64,000 nt of DNA, taken from assembly GCA_963664705.1 (NCBI GenBank), contig OY761556.1:3296001-3360000 (forward strand), written 5' to 3'. Source of the DNA: Acidobacteriota bacterium. GTDB lineage: Bacteria > Acidobacteriota > UBA6911. The notes below the pieces were generated by a model. That model searched no databases, was not told the DNA's origin, and was given only the letters and a program-made list of their open reading frames with translations. Below are positions 56,528 to 64,000 of the stretch, one piece after another. The stretch's first letter is position 1. Every line of letters begins with the position of its first letter. Position numbers and translations under genes: made by a program.

Positions 56528-57016
56528 TTACTTCGGGATCCCCACCTCGACTTCCGTAACAGGCAATATTTCCTTTATCCTGCGTGGATCCAATTCGACC
56601 AGGAAACCGCGCTTGCCGCCATTAATCAGTATTGTCGGAAGATCAAAAATGGTCTTCTCCACATAAACAGGGAGAGCCGCGCGGGTTCCGAACGGGCTGG
56701 TTCCTCCGAACATGTACCCGGTGAGCCTTCCCGCCGTTTTCTCATCACATGGTTCAACCGATTTCACGCCAAGAAGCCTGGCGAGATTGCGGGTCGACAC
56801 TTCGCAGTCACCATGCATCAGAACGAGAAGACCATGCTTTGTTTCCGTCTGCATGACGAGCGTCTTGACCAGGATATGCTCCGGATATCCCAGTTCGGCC
56901 GCGCCCACGCTGGTTCCGCCGTGCTCCTGGTATCGATAAAGATGTTGCTTGAATACAACATTCCTATCCCTTAAAAAACGTATGGCCGCCGTAACAGGAA
57001 ACTCAGACTTGGTCAG
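56528..57016 (-). CDS. ybaK: YbaK/EbsC Cys-tRNA(Pro) deacylase
   Basis: KTLV, TGY..GGTSPFG, INGGKRG; start either CTG 57016 or TTG 57043. Confidence 0.9.
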   Translation of the reverse strand: MTKSEFPVTAAIRFLRDRNVVFKQHLYRYQEHGGTSVGAAELGYPEHILVKTLVMQTETKHGLLVLMHGDCEVSTRNLARLLGVKSVEPCDEKTAGRLTGYMFGGTSPFGTRAALPVYVEKTIFDLPTILINGGKRGFLVELDPRRIKEILPVTEVEVGIPK

Positions 57017-57043
57017 ACCATCCTCCTTTTCGCTGCGAGGCAA

Positions 57044-57433
57044 TCATTCGTTCGAAGAAGCGGTTCCCTCAAGATACGCCATCACCTTATCGCCAAGCTC
57101 CTGCAGCGATAGGGAAGCCTTGACCAGGTACCCGGCAGCTCCCAGCGCTGTCGCTTTTTGAACCTTGGTGTCCGTCGAATTGGAAAGTATGACGACAGGT
57201 ATGCCGCGCGTTTTTTCATCCTTCTTCAGAGCCTCCAGAGTTTCAAGGCCGGAGAGCTTTGGCATCAGCATGTCCAGGAGGATGAGGTGCGGATCATTTT
57301 CGCGAGCCTGCACCAGGCCTTCTTCTCCATCCGCTGCGGTTAGAATTGTAAGGCCTCTCTTTTTCAGACTTGCTTCACAGGCCTTCCGCAAAAACTTGTC
57401 GTCTTCGATTAAAAGGACACGAGTATTTTTCAT
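57044..57433 (-). CDS. Single-domain response regulator
   Basis: IEDD, LLDMLMP..SG, ILSN, YLVK. Confidence 0.93.
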   Translation of the reverse strand: MKNTRVLLIEDDKFLRKACEASLKKRGLTILTAADGEEGLVQARENDPHLILLDMLMPKLSGLETLEALKKDEKTRGIPVVILSNSTDTKVQKATALGAAGYLVKASLSLQELGDKVMAYLEGTASSNE

Positions 57434-57443
57434 ACATACCTTC

Positions 57444-59327
57444 TTAGGCAGCCGGAGGAAGCATAAAGAGGAAGGTCGAGCCTGTTCCCTCTATGGATTC
57501 ACACCACACCTTTCCTCCGAATCGATCCATAATTAGTCGGACAAGGTAAAGACCCAGCCCCGTCCCCTCGGTTTCAACGCTTAAAACATTTCCTGCCCGA
57601 TAAAACTTTTCAAAAAGCTTGCCCTGATCAGATTTCGGAATTCCGATGCCGCTGTCCTTAACGGACCAGAGCACCTGATCCTTGTCTCTTCCGATCTGAA
57701 CCCGTATGTTCCCTTTCGCGGGAGTATATTTCACGGCATTGGAGACAAGGTTGAGAATCGCCTGACGCAGCAGCTGTGCATCTCCATAAACCGGCGGCAA
57801 TCCAGGGCCAATATCGAGCGAAAGCATCTGTTCCTTTTCGTTCGACATGGGCATGAGGTCATCGACCACGCTTTGAGTAATTTCGGCAATATCGAGGTTG
57901 CGGAAAGAAAGCTGGAGCTTTCCTCTCTCGAGGCGCGATATCGCAAGCAGATCGTTGACAAGGCCTATGAGTCGATCGGTAGCCAGCCTCGCATCCTCGA
58001 CATAGGATCGGACCTCCGCCGGATCCTCCAGGCTATCCATTGCCAGTTCCAGCATCCATTTCATACCGGAGAGAGGCGTACGCAACTGGTGTGTGACGAA
58101 TGAAACAAAGTCGGACTTCATCTGCTCGGCGTATTTGCGTTCAGTAATGTCGCTCACACCGCCGACGAGCCGGATTGGAGTGCCCTTCTGATTCCGGATG
58201 GCAGCCCCGCGATCCGCCACACTGAGGTAAGTGCCTCTTCCATCGGAAACCCGGTATTCCTCGGAAAAGGGAGTCTCCTTCTCAAAGTGATCTTTCAAAG
58301 CCTGTTCGATACGGGGCCGATCTTCAGCATGAATACTTCCCCAGTATTCCTGTCGACTCCGCGGCATTCGCTTGTTTTCCTTCCGAGACTGTTCGAAAAA
58401 CGCACCGAAGTAGTCGACGTGGTCAGCCGGCAAATCCCAATCGTAGACAATGTCCGTGGCACACTCCGCCACAATCCGAAATCGCGCCTCGGAATTCTGC
58501 AGCGCATCCAGAAGCCGAGCTGTGTGCACAGCCCCGGCTGCATTATCAGCGAAAAGGGACAACAGGCGTGCATCCGCCTCAGTGAACTCACGCATGCTTC
58601 CCTCGACTTCGTGGACTCCCAGGACTCCAATCAGCTCGCCACCGCGGATCATCGGCACGCAGGCGGCTGCCCCGATCGGCAGCTTGGAAAGGTTTTTCGA
58701 GCGATAGGGCCAGGACTGGTAATCGTTGGCGATCACCGGCTCCATTATATCGGCGACACGTCCGGCAAGGCCCTCGTGGCGGGATACATGCGTTCCAATG
58801 GGCATTCCCACTCCGACTTCAACCGCTATTTCAAAGTCGTCGCGATCCTTATCATAAAGAAAGATGGCACAACCCGAAGCGGCTACCAGCGTTTTGGCTC
58901 TCTCCAGGATCGTCTGAAGCAGAACGGTCAGTTCCTGTTTTTCGGTGACATCCTGCAGCGTGTCGTATAATGCAGCTATTTCCATCGTGCGCTGTTTGGC
59001 TTCCTGAAGCAGATCCACATTTTTGTGCGCATCGAGGGTTGCCTGCCTCGCAATCTTAAATCCGTAAATGAGCGCACCCGCCAGCATTACCAAACCCAGA
59101 CAGTTCAGCACAAAACTTATGGGGCTTGCGTCCAGGGCGCCAGGGGATCCCTTCCCTTGCCATATCCATGAATTGTGGTAGGAGCAGATGGAAATGAGAA
59201 TGGTCGCCGCCACTGCCAACACGCTGTAGATGCGGCATAATGAGAGGATGGAGGGATTCTCCGATTTCTTCCCCGCGGCAAAAAGACTCTGCAGGAATCC
59301 TCCGCGGGCTCTATTGGAACCGGTCAT
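57444..59327 (-). CDS. Membrane sensor histidine kinase (2 TM, GAF, PAS, HisKA, HATPase)
   Basis: THQLRTPL H-box, NLVSNAVKY, DSGIGIP, GTGLGL. Confidence 0.93.
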   Translation of the reverse strand: MTGSNRARGGFLQSLFAAGKKSENPSILSLCRIYSVLAVAATILISICSYHNSWIWQGKGSPGALDASPISFVLNCLGLVMLAGALIYGFKIARQATLDAHKNVDLLQEAKQRTMEIAALYDTLQDVTEKQELTVLLQTILERAKTLVAASGCAIFLYDKDRDDFEIAVEVGVGMPIGTHVSRHEGLAGRVADIMEPVIANDYQSWPYRSKNLSKLPIGAAACVPMIRGGELIGVLGVHEVEGSMREFTEADARLLSLFADNAAGAVHTARLLDALQNSEARFRIVAECATDIVYDWDLPADHVDYFGAFFEQSRKENKRMPRSRQEYWGSIHAEDRPRIEQALKDHFEKETPFSEEYRVSDGRGTYLSVADRGAAIRNQKGTPIRLVGGVSDITERKYAEQMKSDFVSFVTHQLRTPLSGMKWMLELAMDSLEDPAEVRSYVEDARLATDRLIGLVNDLLAISRLERGKLQLSFRNLDIAEITQSVVDDLMPMSNEKEQMLSLDIGPGLPPVYGDAQLLRQAILNLVSNAVKYTPAKGNIRVQIGRDKDQVLWSVKDSGIGIPKSDQGKLFEKFYRAGNVLSVETEGTGLGLYLVRLIMDRFGGKVWCESIEGTGSTFLFMLPPAA

Positions 59328-59429
59328 GTTCTGCCTTTAGCGCGAGATGTCTGAAACCTATCTTTGCCGAACTCTTCAGGATATTTGAAACCAGCGCTCC
59401 GCTTGATTCGTTTAGTGTCCCGGAACACT

Positions 59430-59816
59430 CTACAATTCTCGTCCCGGATCATGAATCAATTGTTCGAATTCCAGCAGAATAGGGTCCATTCCGATCTTGA
59501 TGTCCGTCAGCAGCTCTAGCGCTACTGTCAGATCGTGATCACGACCCATTCTTTCCAAATCCGAAAACTGGTCACGAAGCGCCCCGATCCCGAAAAACGC
59601 CAGTCGTCCTCTCAGCGTATGCGCTATTCGCTCAACGCTGGAAAAGTCGGAATGCAAAATTCCTTCGCGAAGATCTTCCGCCAGACGGGGAAAGTCCTCG
59701 ACAAACATCTGGGCAAGTTCGGAGAGCAGCGGGAGATCTCCATCCACATGGGCAAGTGCGGTCTCGACATCCAAAACTCTACCTGACTTATCCGACTGTT
59801 TCGTCATTTTTGGCAT
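59430..59816 (-). CDS. Hpt domain protein
   Basis: L...GD..LL.EL..MF...AHTLRG. Confidence 0.85.
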   Translation of the reverse strand: MPKMTKQSDKSGRVLDVETALAHVDGDLPLLSELAQMFVEDFPRLAEDLREGILHSDFSSVERIAHTLRGRLAFFGIGALRDQFSDLERMGRDHDLTVALELLTDIKIGMDPILLEFEQLIHDPGREL

Positions 59817-60029
59817 ACCATACGAAAAACGTCAAAACCTGCGCGACTCAGGGAAACATGATATACCAGGATTCAAATCAATAACAGTCGCCGGCCCCTA
59901 ATTCCGGGCTGCATCGAGGTCGTTTCTCCCAATTCATTCGGAGCCGAAATAAGTGCGGTCCGGACACAACCTTTCGAGCCTCTCACTCATCTATTACTAG
60001 TGAAGGCTGTAAAGATACAGGAGGCGGCT

Positions 60030-60575
60030 ATGAAAACAAAAACAAGGATCAAGCCCGTGCTCTTCAGGACCGCGCTCATGGTATTCCTGCTGAGCTTTGC
60101 CGGAATCGGAATGTCGTCGATTCCCAATCAGGCGGGGACACTCGGCAATGCAGTGCGGCATGAACTGCTGATGCTTCCCTACTATGACGTTTTTGACATG
60201 CTCAGTTTCACGATTGACAGCTCAAACAACGTTACATTGACAGGCCAGGTTACGCGCCCGACACTCAAATCCGATGCCGAAGCCGTGGTTCGAGGCATCG
60301 CCGGAGTCGGTCGTGTCATTAACAACATCGAGGTTCTCCCTTTGTCAACTTTCGATAACTCCATCCGGGTGGCGACATACCGCGCCATATTCGGCAGACC
60401 CGGATTCGAAAAGTATGCCATCCGGGCCATAGCCCCGATTCGAATCATTGTCAAAAACGGTACCATAACATTGGAGGGCAAGGTTGATAACGCGCTGGAC
60501 CGACAGATGGCCGAAATGGCCGCTCGCCTGGTGCCAAACGTTTTCAGCGTCACGGATAATTTGACCATCTCATAA
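60030..60575 (+). CDS. BON domain protein (two BON domains, secreted)
   Basis: Signal peptide; VTLTGQV...GV..V.N.I; ITLEG.V...VFSVTDNL. Confidence 0.9.
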   Translation: MKTKTRIKPVLFRTALMVFLLSFAGIGMSSIPNQAGTLGNAVRHELLMLPYYDVFDMLSFTIDSSNNVTLTGQVTRPTLKSDAEAVVRGIAGVGRVINNIEVLPLSTFDNSIRVATYRAIFGRPGFEKYAIRAIAPIRIIVKNGTITLEGKVDNALDRQMAEMAARLVPNVFSVTDNLTIS

Positions 60576-60831
60576 TTGACGCCGATCTTGTTGTCGGGAT
60601 ACCGGTTTGATGATATTTTCGAAGATATGAATTCAACCGGTTTCCCGATTTCAAGATACCCGGAGAGAATTGGGCTGTCGAAGAGACTGAGTCCAATCAA
60701 AGAGGGATTCCCTCAGCATCCTTCGAAACACGAGTTTTCATTCCCATTCGAAAATCCGAACCCCCATCTGAATTGCAGCATTCCCCTGGTACGAGAAATC
60801 GGGGCGGAAAGTCTATCGAGCCATCGTCTAT

Positions 60832-61641
60832 ATGCCTAAATGGAAATTGATCGTCGAATACGAAGGAACGAGATATCGCGGTTGGCAGGAACAGACAAAT
60901 GCCAGAACGGTGCAGGGTGAATTGCGAAAAGCCGCCGGGGCATTGCTCGGGCCGGAAATGGAAATAGCAGGCTCGGGCAGGACCGACGCAGGAGTGCATG
61001 CCCTGTGCCAGGTAGCCCATATACGCTCATCCAAAATCGTTCGACCGGGACTCCTTCGGCAGGAGATCAACGACAGGCTTCCGGCGGATATCAGCGTCCG
61101 TGCGCTGGAAGAGGTCAATGCCCGTTTCCATGCACGACATCATGCGGAAGAGCGTTTTTATCTGTATCAGATAGCTACCGAGCGCTCTGCCTTCGGCAAG
61201 CATTTTGTCTGGTGGATCAAAGACCGTCTCAACACCCAGGCAATGCGCGAAGCCTTCCGCCTTTTTCATGGGATGCACGATTTCACGGCCTACCGCGAGA
61301 AGGCAGAGGACCCACCCAGCACGCGCGTCGATGTGACGCGCTGTGAACTTGCAGAGCATGGCAGCCTGATCCTGCTGCGAATCGGCGCATCTCATTTTCT
61401 GTGGAAAATGGTGCGGCGAATCGTCGGCGTCCTGGTGGAGGTCGGCCGGGGGAAGCTTCGCACTCAAGATGTCATGCATCTCGGGCCAGAGGATATTGCT
61501 CGACTCACAGCCCCTCCATCGGGGCTTTTCCTGGAATATGTACGCTATGCCAATGATGCACCGCCGGCTGAGTTGACTCCGGCTTTCAGCTTCCGGCAAG
61601 GCTCAGATTTACAAAAACCAACCAAAAAGGAAATCAGATGA
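60832..61641 (+). CDS. truA: tRNA pseudouridine(38-40) synthase
   Basis: YEGT.Y.GWQ, GSGRTDAGVHA, FHAR, FLWKMVR, TAPPSGLFL. Confidence 0.95.
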   Translation: MPKWKLIVEYEGTRYRGWQEQTNARTVQGELRKAAGALLGPEMEIAGSGRTDAGVHALCQVAHIRSSKIVRPGLLRQEINDRLPADISVRALEEVNARFHARHHAEERFYLYQIATERSAFGKHFVWWIKDRLNTQAMREAFRLFHGMHDFTAYREKAEDPPSTRVDVTRCELAEHGSLILLRIGASHFLWKMVRRIVGVLVEVGRGKLRTQDVMHLGPEDIARLTAPPSGLFLEYVRYANDAPPAELTPAFSFRQGSDLQKPTKKEIR

Positions 61642-62108
61642 ACCAGAATTTATCCGTCTTGATCACCGAACTCAAAAACCGGGCAAAAATTTACGTCCAC
61701 ATCTATCGCGAACTTGCAAAGGAAGTGGGCAGCGAAAAGGCAGCCGGGATCCTGAAGCGAGCGCTTTATGCCAGGGGGCAGGAAAAGGGAGCGCAGTTGA
61801 AGACACGAATTGAACACCCTGACTTGCATCAACTGGCGATTGCCTTTGTAGATGGAAATGCCGACATGGATGCCTTTGGGCACGAGATTGTGCAGGAACA
61901 CATGGACTTCGTGCTTCTCAGGCTGAAGGGATGCCCACTTGCCGAAGCCTGGAAAGAATCAGAACTGACGCCTGAAGAACAGAAGATCCTGTGCGATATC
62001 GCCTACCAGGTGGATTTCGGGAAATTTGAAACCGCAGGATATAAGCTTGAATTCAACTGCCGCATTGCGGATAGGGGCAAAAGCTGCGACATGAAAGTGA
62101 CGCTATAA
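61638..62108 (+). CDS. L-2-amino-thiazoline-4-carboxylate hydrolase-like family protein
   Basis: CPLAEAW...LCDIA..VD.G...C pattern. Confidence 0.75.
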   Translation: MNQNLSVLITELKNRAKIYVHIYRELAKEVGSEKAAGILKRALYARGQEKGAQLKTRIEHPDLHQLAIAFVDGNADMDAFGHEIVQEHMDFVLLRLKGCPLAEAWKESELTPEEQKILCDIAYQVDFGKFETAGYKLEFNCRIADRGKSCDMKVTL

Positions 62109-62113
62109 AAAAC

Positions 62114-62154
62114 GCCACGAATTTCGGGGACCGGGGCACCTCGAAATTCGTGGC
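62114..62154. terminator. Hairpin between convergent genes
   Basis: GCCACGAATTTCGGGG/CCTCGAAATTCGTGGC. Confidence 0.65.
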
Positions 62155-62166
62155 AGCTTTCGAAAA

Positions 62167-62541
62167 CTATTTTGCTCGATGCGAGCTCTCGACCATAACC
62201 AATCCCGAACCTATTTGTTCGGGGATTTTCTTAACCATGGATTTGATATTGATCAAATCCTGTATCCTTCCCTTTACTCCAATGCGCGCTCCCTCGCGTG
62301 GGACTCCGGTTCTACAAAACACCCATAGCCTTCCAGTCCCGTCATCCACTTCATAAAAGCCTATTCCCAGCACCGAAATGCTTTGCGTCACAGTACCGAC
62401 AACTCCGACGTCACGGTTTGCATAGCGATGGGGTTCCGCCATGATCTGATTGATCGTTCTCTGTTCGCATCCGGCCATGACAAAGGCCCAAACCATGAGA
62501 AGTATCAGAATCGCCCGGTGTTGATGTTCAGGTCTTTTCAT
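62167..62541 (-). CDS. OB-fold lipoprotein
   Basis: Lipobox MAG-C; V.V.G.V...Y.VDDGTG.LWV. Confidence 0.75.
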   Translation of the reverse strand: MKRPEHQHRAILILLMVWAFVMAGCEQRTINQIMAEPHRYANRDVGVVGTVTQSISVLGIGFYEVDDGTGRLWVFCRTGVPREGARIGVKGRIQDLINIKSMVKKIPEQIGSGLVMVESSHRAK

Positions 62542-62586
62542 ATTGATCTCCCGTGCAGGATTAGATTGCCCGGCAGCTTTTTTGTT

Positions 62587-63831
62587 TCAAAAATCACGAA
62601 CGTTCCCGATGTATGGCTCGATGAACCGGTGGTGGAAAATCCGGACGACCTCGATCATGCGGGAACGCTCAACCAAAAAGCTGATCCGGAACGACGAGGT
62701 TTGCAGCCCGACCACGGGGATCGCCGCTTCCCGCAACGATACAAGCGAATCGAGCAGATAGTTTTGCCTGTCCGTAATCCCTGTGCCGATCAGAGACACC
62801 GCGGAGCAATTGCGCAGAATTCTGACTTTGGGCTCAAAGATTTTTCGCGTGCGGTCAAGCACGGAGTCAATGTGATAGTTCTCTTTCTCCGGGATAACCA
62901 GGCTTCCGCAAAGATGCCCCTGCGGTCCCGGATGAAAGGATATTTGTTTCGTTCTCAATGCCTCGCTCTCGAAAAAATCCGCAAGCGAGCAGAGAAGCTG
63001 CATTTCATTCCCATTCTCTTCCTCAACCTGCAACAGGACAATTTTCTCCTCATGCGCCACTCCGACGACTCTGGGCTTTACCCGCCCTTCGAGATCCCGA
63101 ATGATTGTTCCGGCACCATCCGGTTCCATTGTGCTCTTTGCATGGATGATCGTCTTTTTTATCTTGGCAAATTCGACGGAGCCCGGGTGCAGCACACGGG
63201 CCCCGGCCTCGCCCATCTCCTGCATTTCCTGATAGGACAGTTCATCCAGGCGCCCGGCTTTTTCTACCAGGCGCGGATCCGCGGAGAAGACACCATCGAC
63301 ATCCGAGTATATTTCGCACACTTCTGCATCAAGAGCGGAGGCCAGCGCAACGGCTGTCACATCCGAACCGCCCCGCCCCAGCGTAGTGATATCCTTGTTG
63401 AAGCTGACGCCTTGAAACCCGCCGACAACCGGGATGCACCCATCGTCCAGGGCGCGAATCACACGCGCGGGCCGGATCTCAATAATTCTGGCATTGGTAT
63501 GATTGTCGTCCGTAATGATTCCCGCTTGCGAGCCGCTCAGGGCCACTGCCCGGCAGCCTGATGCATTCAACGCGATAGACAGCATCGCGGCACTGATGCG
63601 TTCACCGCTGCTCAGGAGCATATCAACCTCTCGGGGAGAGGGGTTTGCCGCGAAAGCCCGAGCCTCGTTGATGAAGGAATCCGTCTGCCGGGCGCGCGCA
63701 GAAACCACAACTACCACACGGTATCCCGCAGACTGCTTCCGCAATACGATTTGGGCGACCTGGCGGATGCAGCTTTCATCGGCCATGGAAGTTCCGCCGA
63801 ATTTCAATACAGCAACAGGATATTGAGCCAC
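62587..63831 (-). CDS. Aspartate kinase (second, AKII/LysC-like)
   Basis: KFGGTS, VVVVSA, TTLGRGGSD, YSDVDGV..ADPR, GARVLH. Confidence 0.92.
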   Translation of the reverse strand: MAQYPVAVLKFGGTSMADESCIRQVAQIVLRKQSAGYRVVVVVSARARQTDSFINEARAFAANPSPREVDMLLSSGERISAAMLSIALNASGCRAVALSGSQAGIITDDNHTNARIIEIRPARVIRALDDGCIPVVGGFQGVSFNKDITTLGRGGSDVTAVALASALDAEVCEIYSDVDGVFSADPRLVEKAGRLDELSYQEMQEMGEAGARVLHPGSVEFAKIKKTIIHAKSTMEPDGAGTIIRDLEGRVKPRVVGVAHEEKIVLLQVEEENGNEMQLLCSLADFFESEALRTKQISFHPGPQGHLCGSLVIPEKENYHIDSVLDRTRKIFEPKVRILRNCSAVSLIGTGITDRQNYLLDSLVSLREAAIPVVGLQTSSFRISFLVERSRMIEVVRIFHHRFIEPYIGNVRDF

Positions 63832-63938
63832 AGATCCTCCATATAGTTTGCCCCATCATAACGCAGCGCTATTGGCGTAGCCAGCCACGCGATATTATAT
63901 TAGTGTTTTCGAGTGAAGAGCGCTCCGAGGACATCATT

Positions 63939-64000
63939 ATGGATAAAAATGTCAGCGCAGTACTGGATATGGCATATGGGTTCGGGCATGCCGTCGACAT
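63939..64000 (+). CDS. 5' end of an unidentified CDS
   Basis: GAGG RBS then ATG; MDKNVSAVLDMAYGFGHAVD, open to the window end. Confidence 0.4.
   Translation, partial: MDKNVSAVLDMAYGFGHAVD

Noticed and set aside
62383-63561. 392-aa plus-strand ORF (similarly 37851-38852, 34190-35131, 28067-29083, 9707-10627)
   Set aside because: Shadow ORFs opposite well-supported genes, as expected at this GC content.

Overview
Chromosomal window of a bacterium with GC around 55% by eye. The hopanoid cluster layout, Rhs-type remnants and REP-like repeats suggest Acidobacteriota, which is an inference. In order: (1) 1-10.5 kb, a cell-envelope glycosylation locus with an ArnT/PMT-type GT-C, three polyprenol-phosphate GT2s (one with a degenerate donor-binding motif), an NDP-sugar dehydratase, a SAM methyltransferase, a radical SAM/SPASM protein and a B12-dependent radical SAM protein. 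(2) tmRNA (tag ANEQLPMAA), followed by an AT-richer islet with palindromes, a stand-alone GIY-YIG nuclease, a broken Rhs toxin-tail/immunity/junction fragment and a pseudogene. (3) Housekeeping genes serA, mrp, ndk, sucCD and tRNA-Glu, plus a secreted CxxCH protein. (4) Hopanoid cluster ispH-hpnA-adh-adh-hpnD-shc. (5) A four-helix-bundle gene bracketed by inverted 7-mer tandem arrays; one array supplies the stop codons of both shc and the bundle gene, and related gene-less 7-mer elements occur elsewhere in the window. (6) asd-lysC-dapB-dapA, a DUF1015 gene, pruA, ctaB, lon, gcvT-gcvH, an archaeal-type SHMT, and CHAD, RRM and MBL genes. (7) An orphan AprAB-like flavoprotein/ferredoxin pair, pbpG, an AOR-family enzyme, udk, ybaK, an Hpt-HK-RR set, a BON protein, truA and a second aspartokinase. 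I saw no CRISPR array, rRNA, integrase or transposase. All family calls come from reading motifs by eye; no searches were run.
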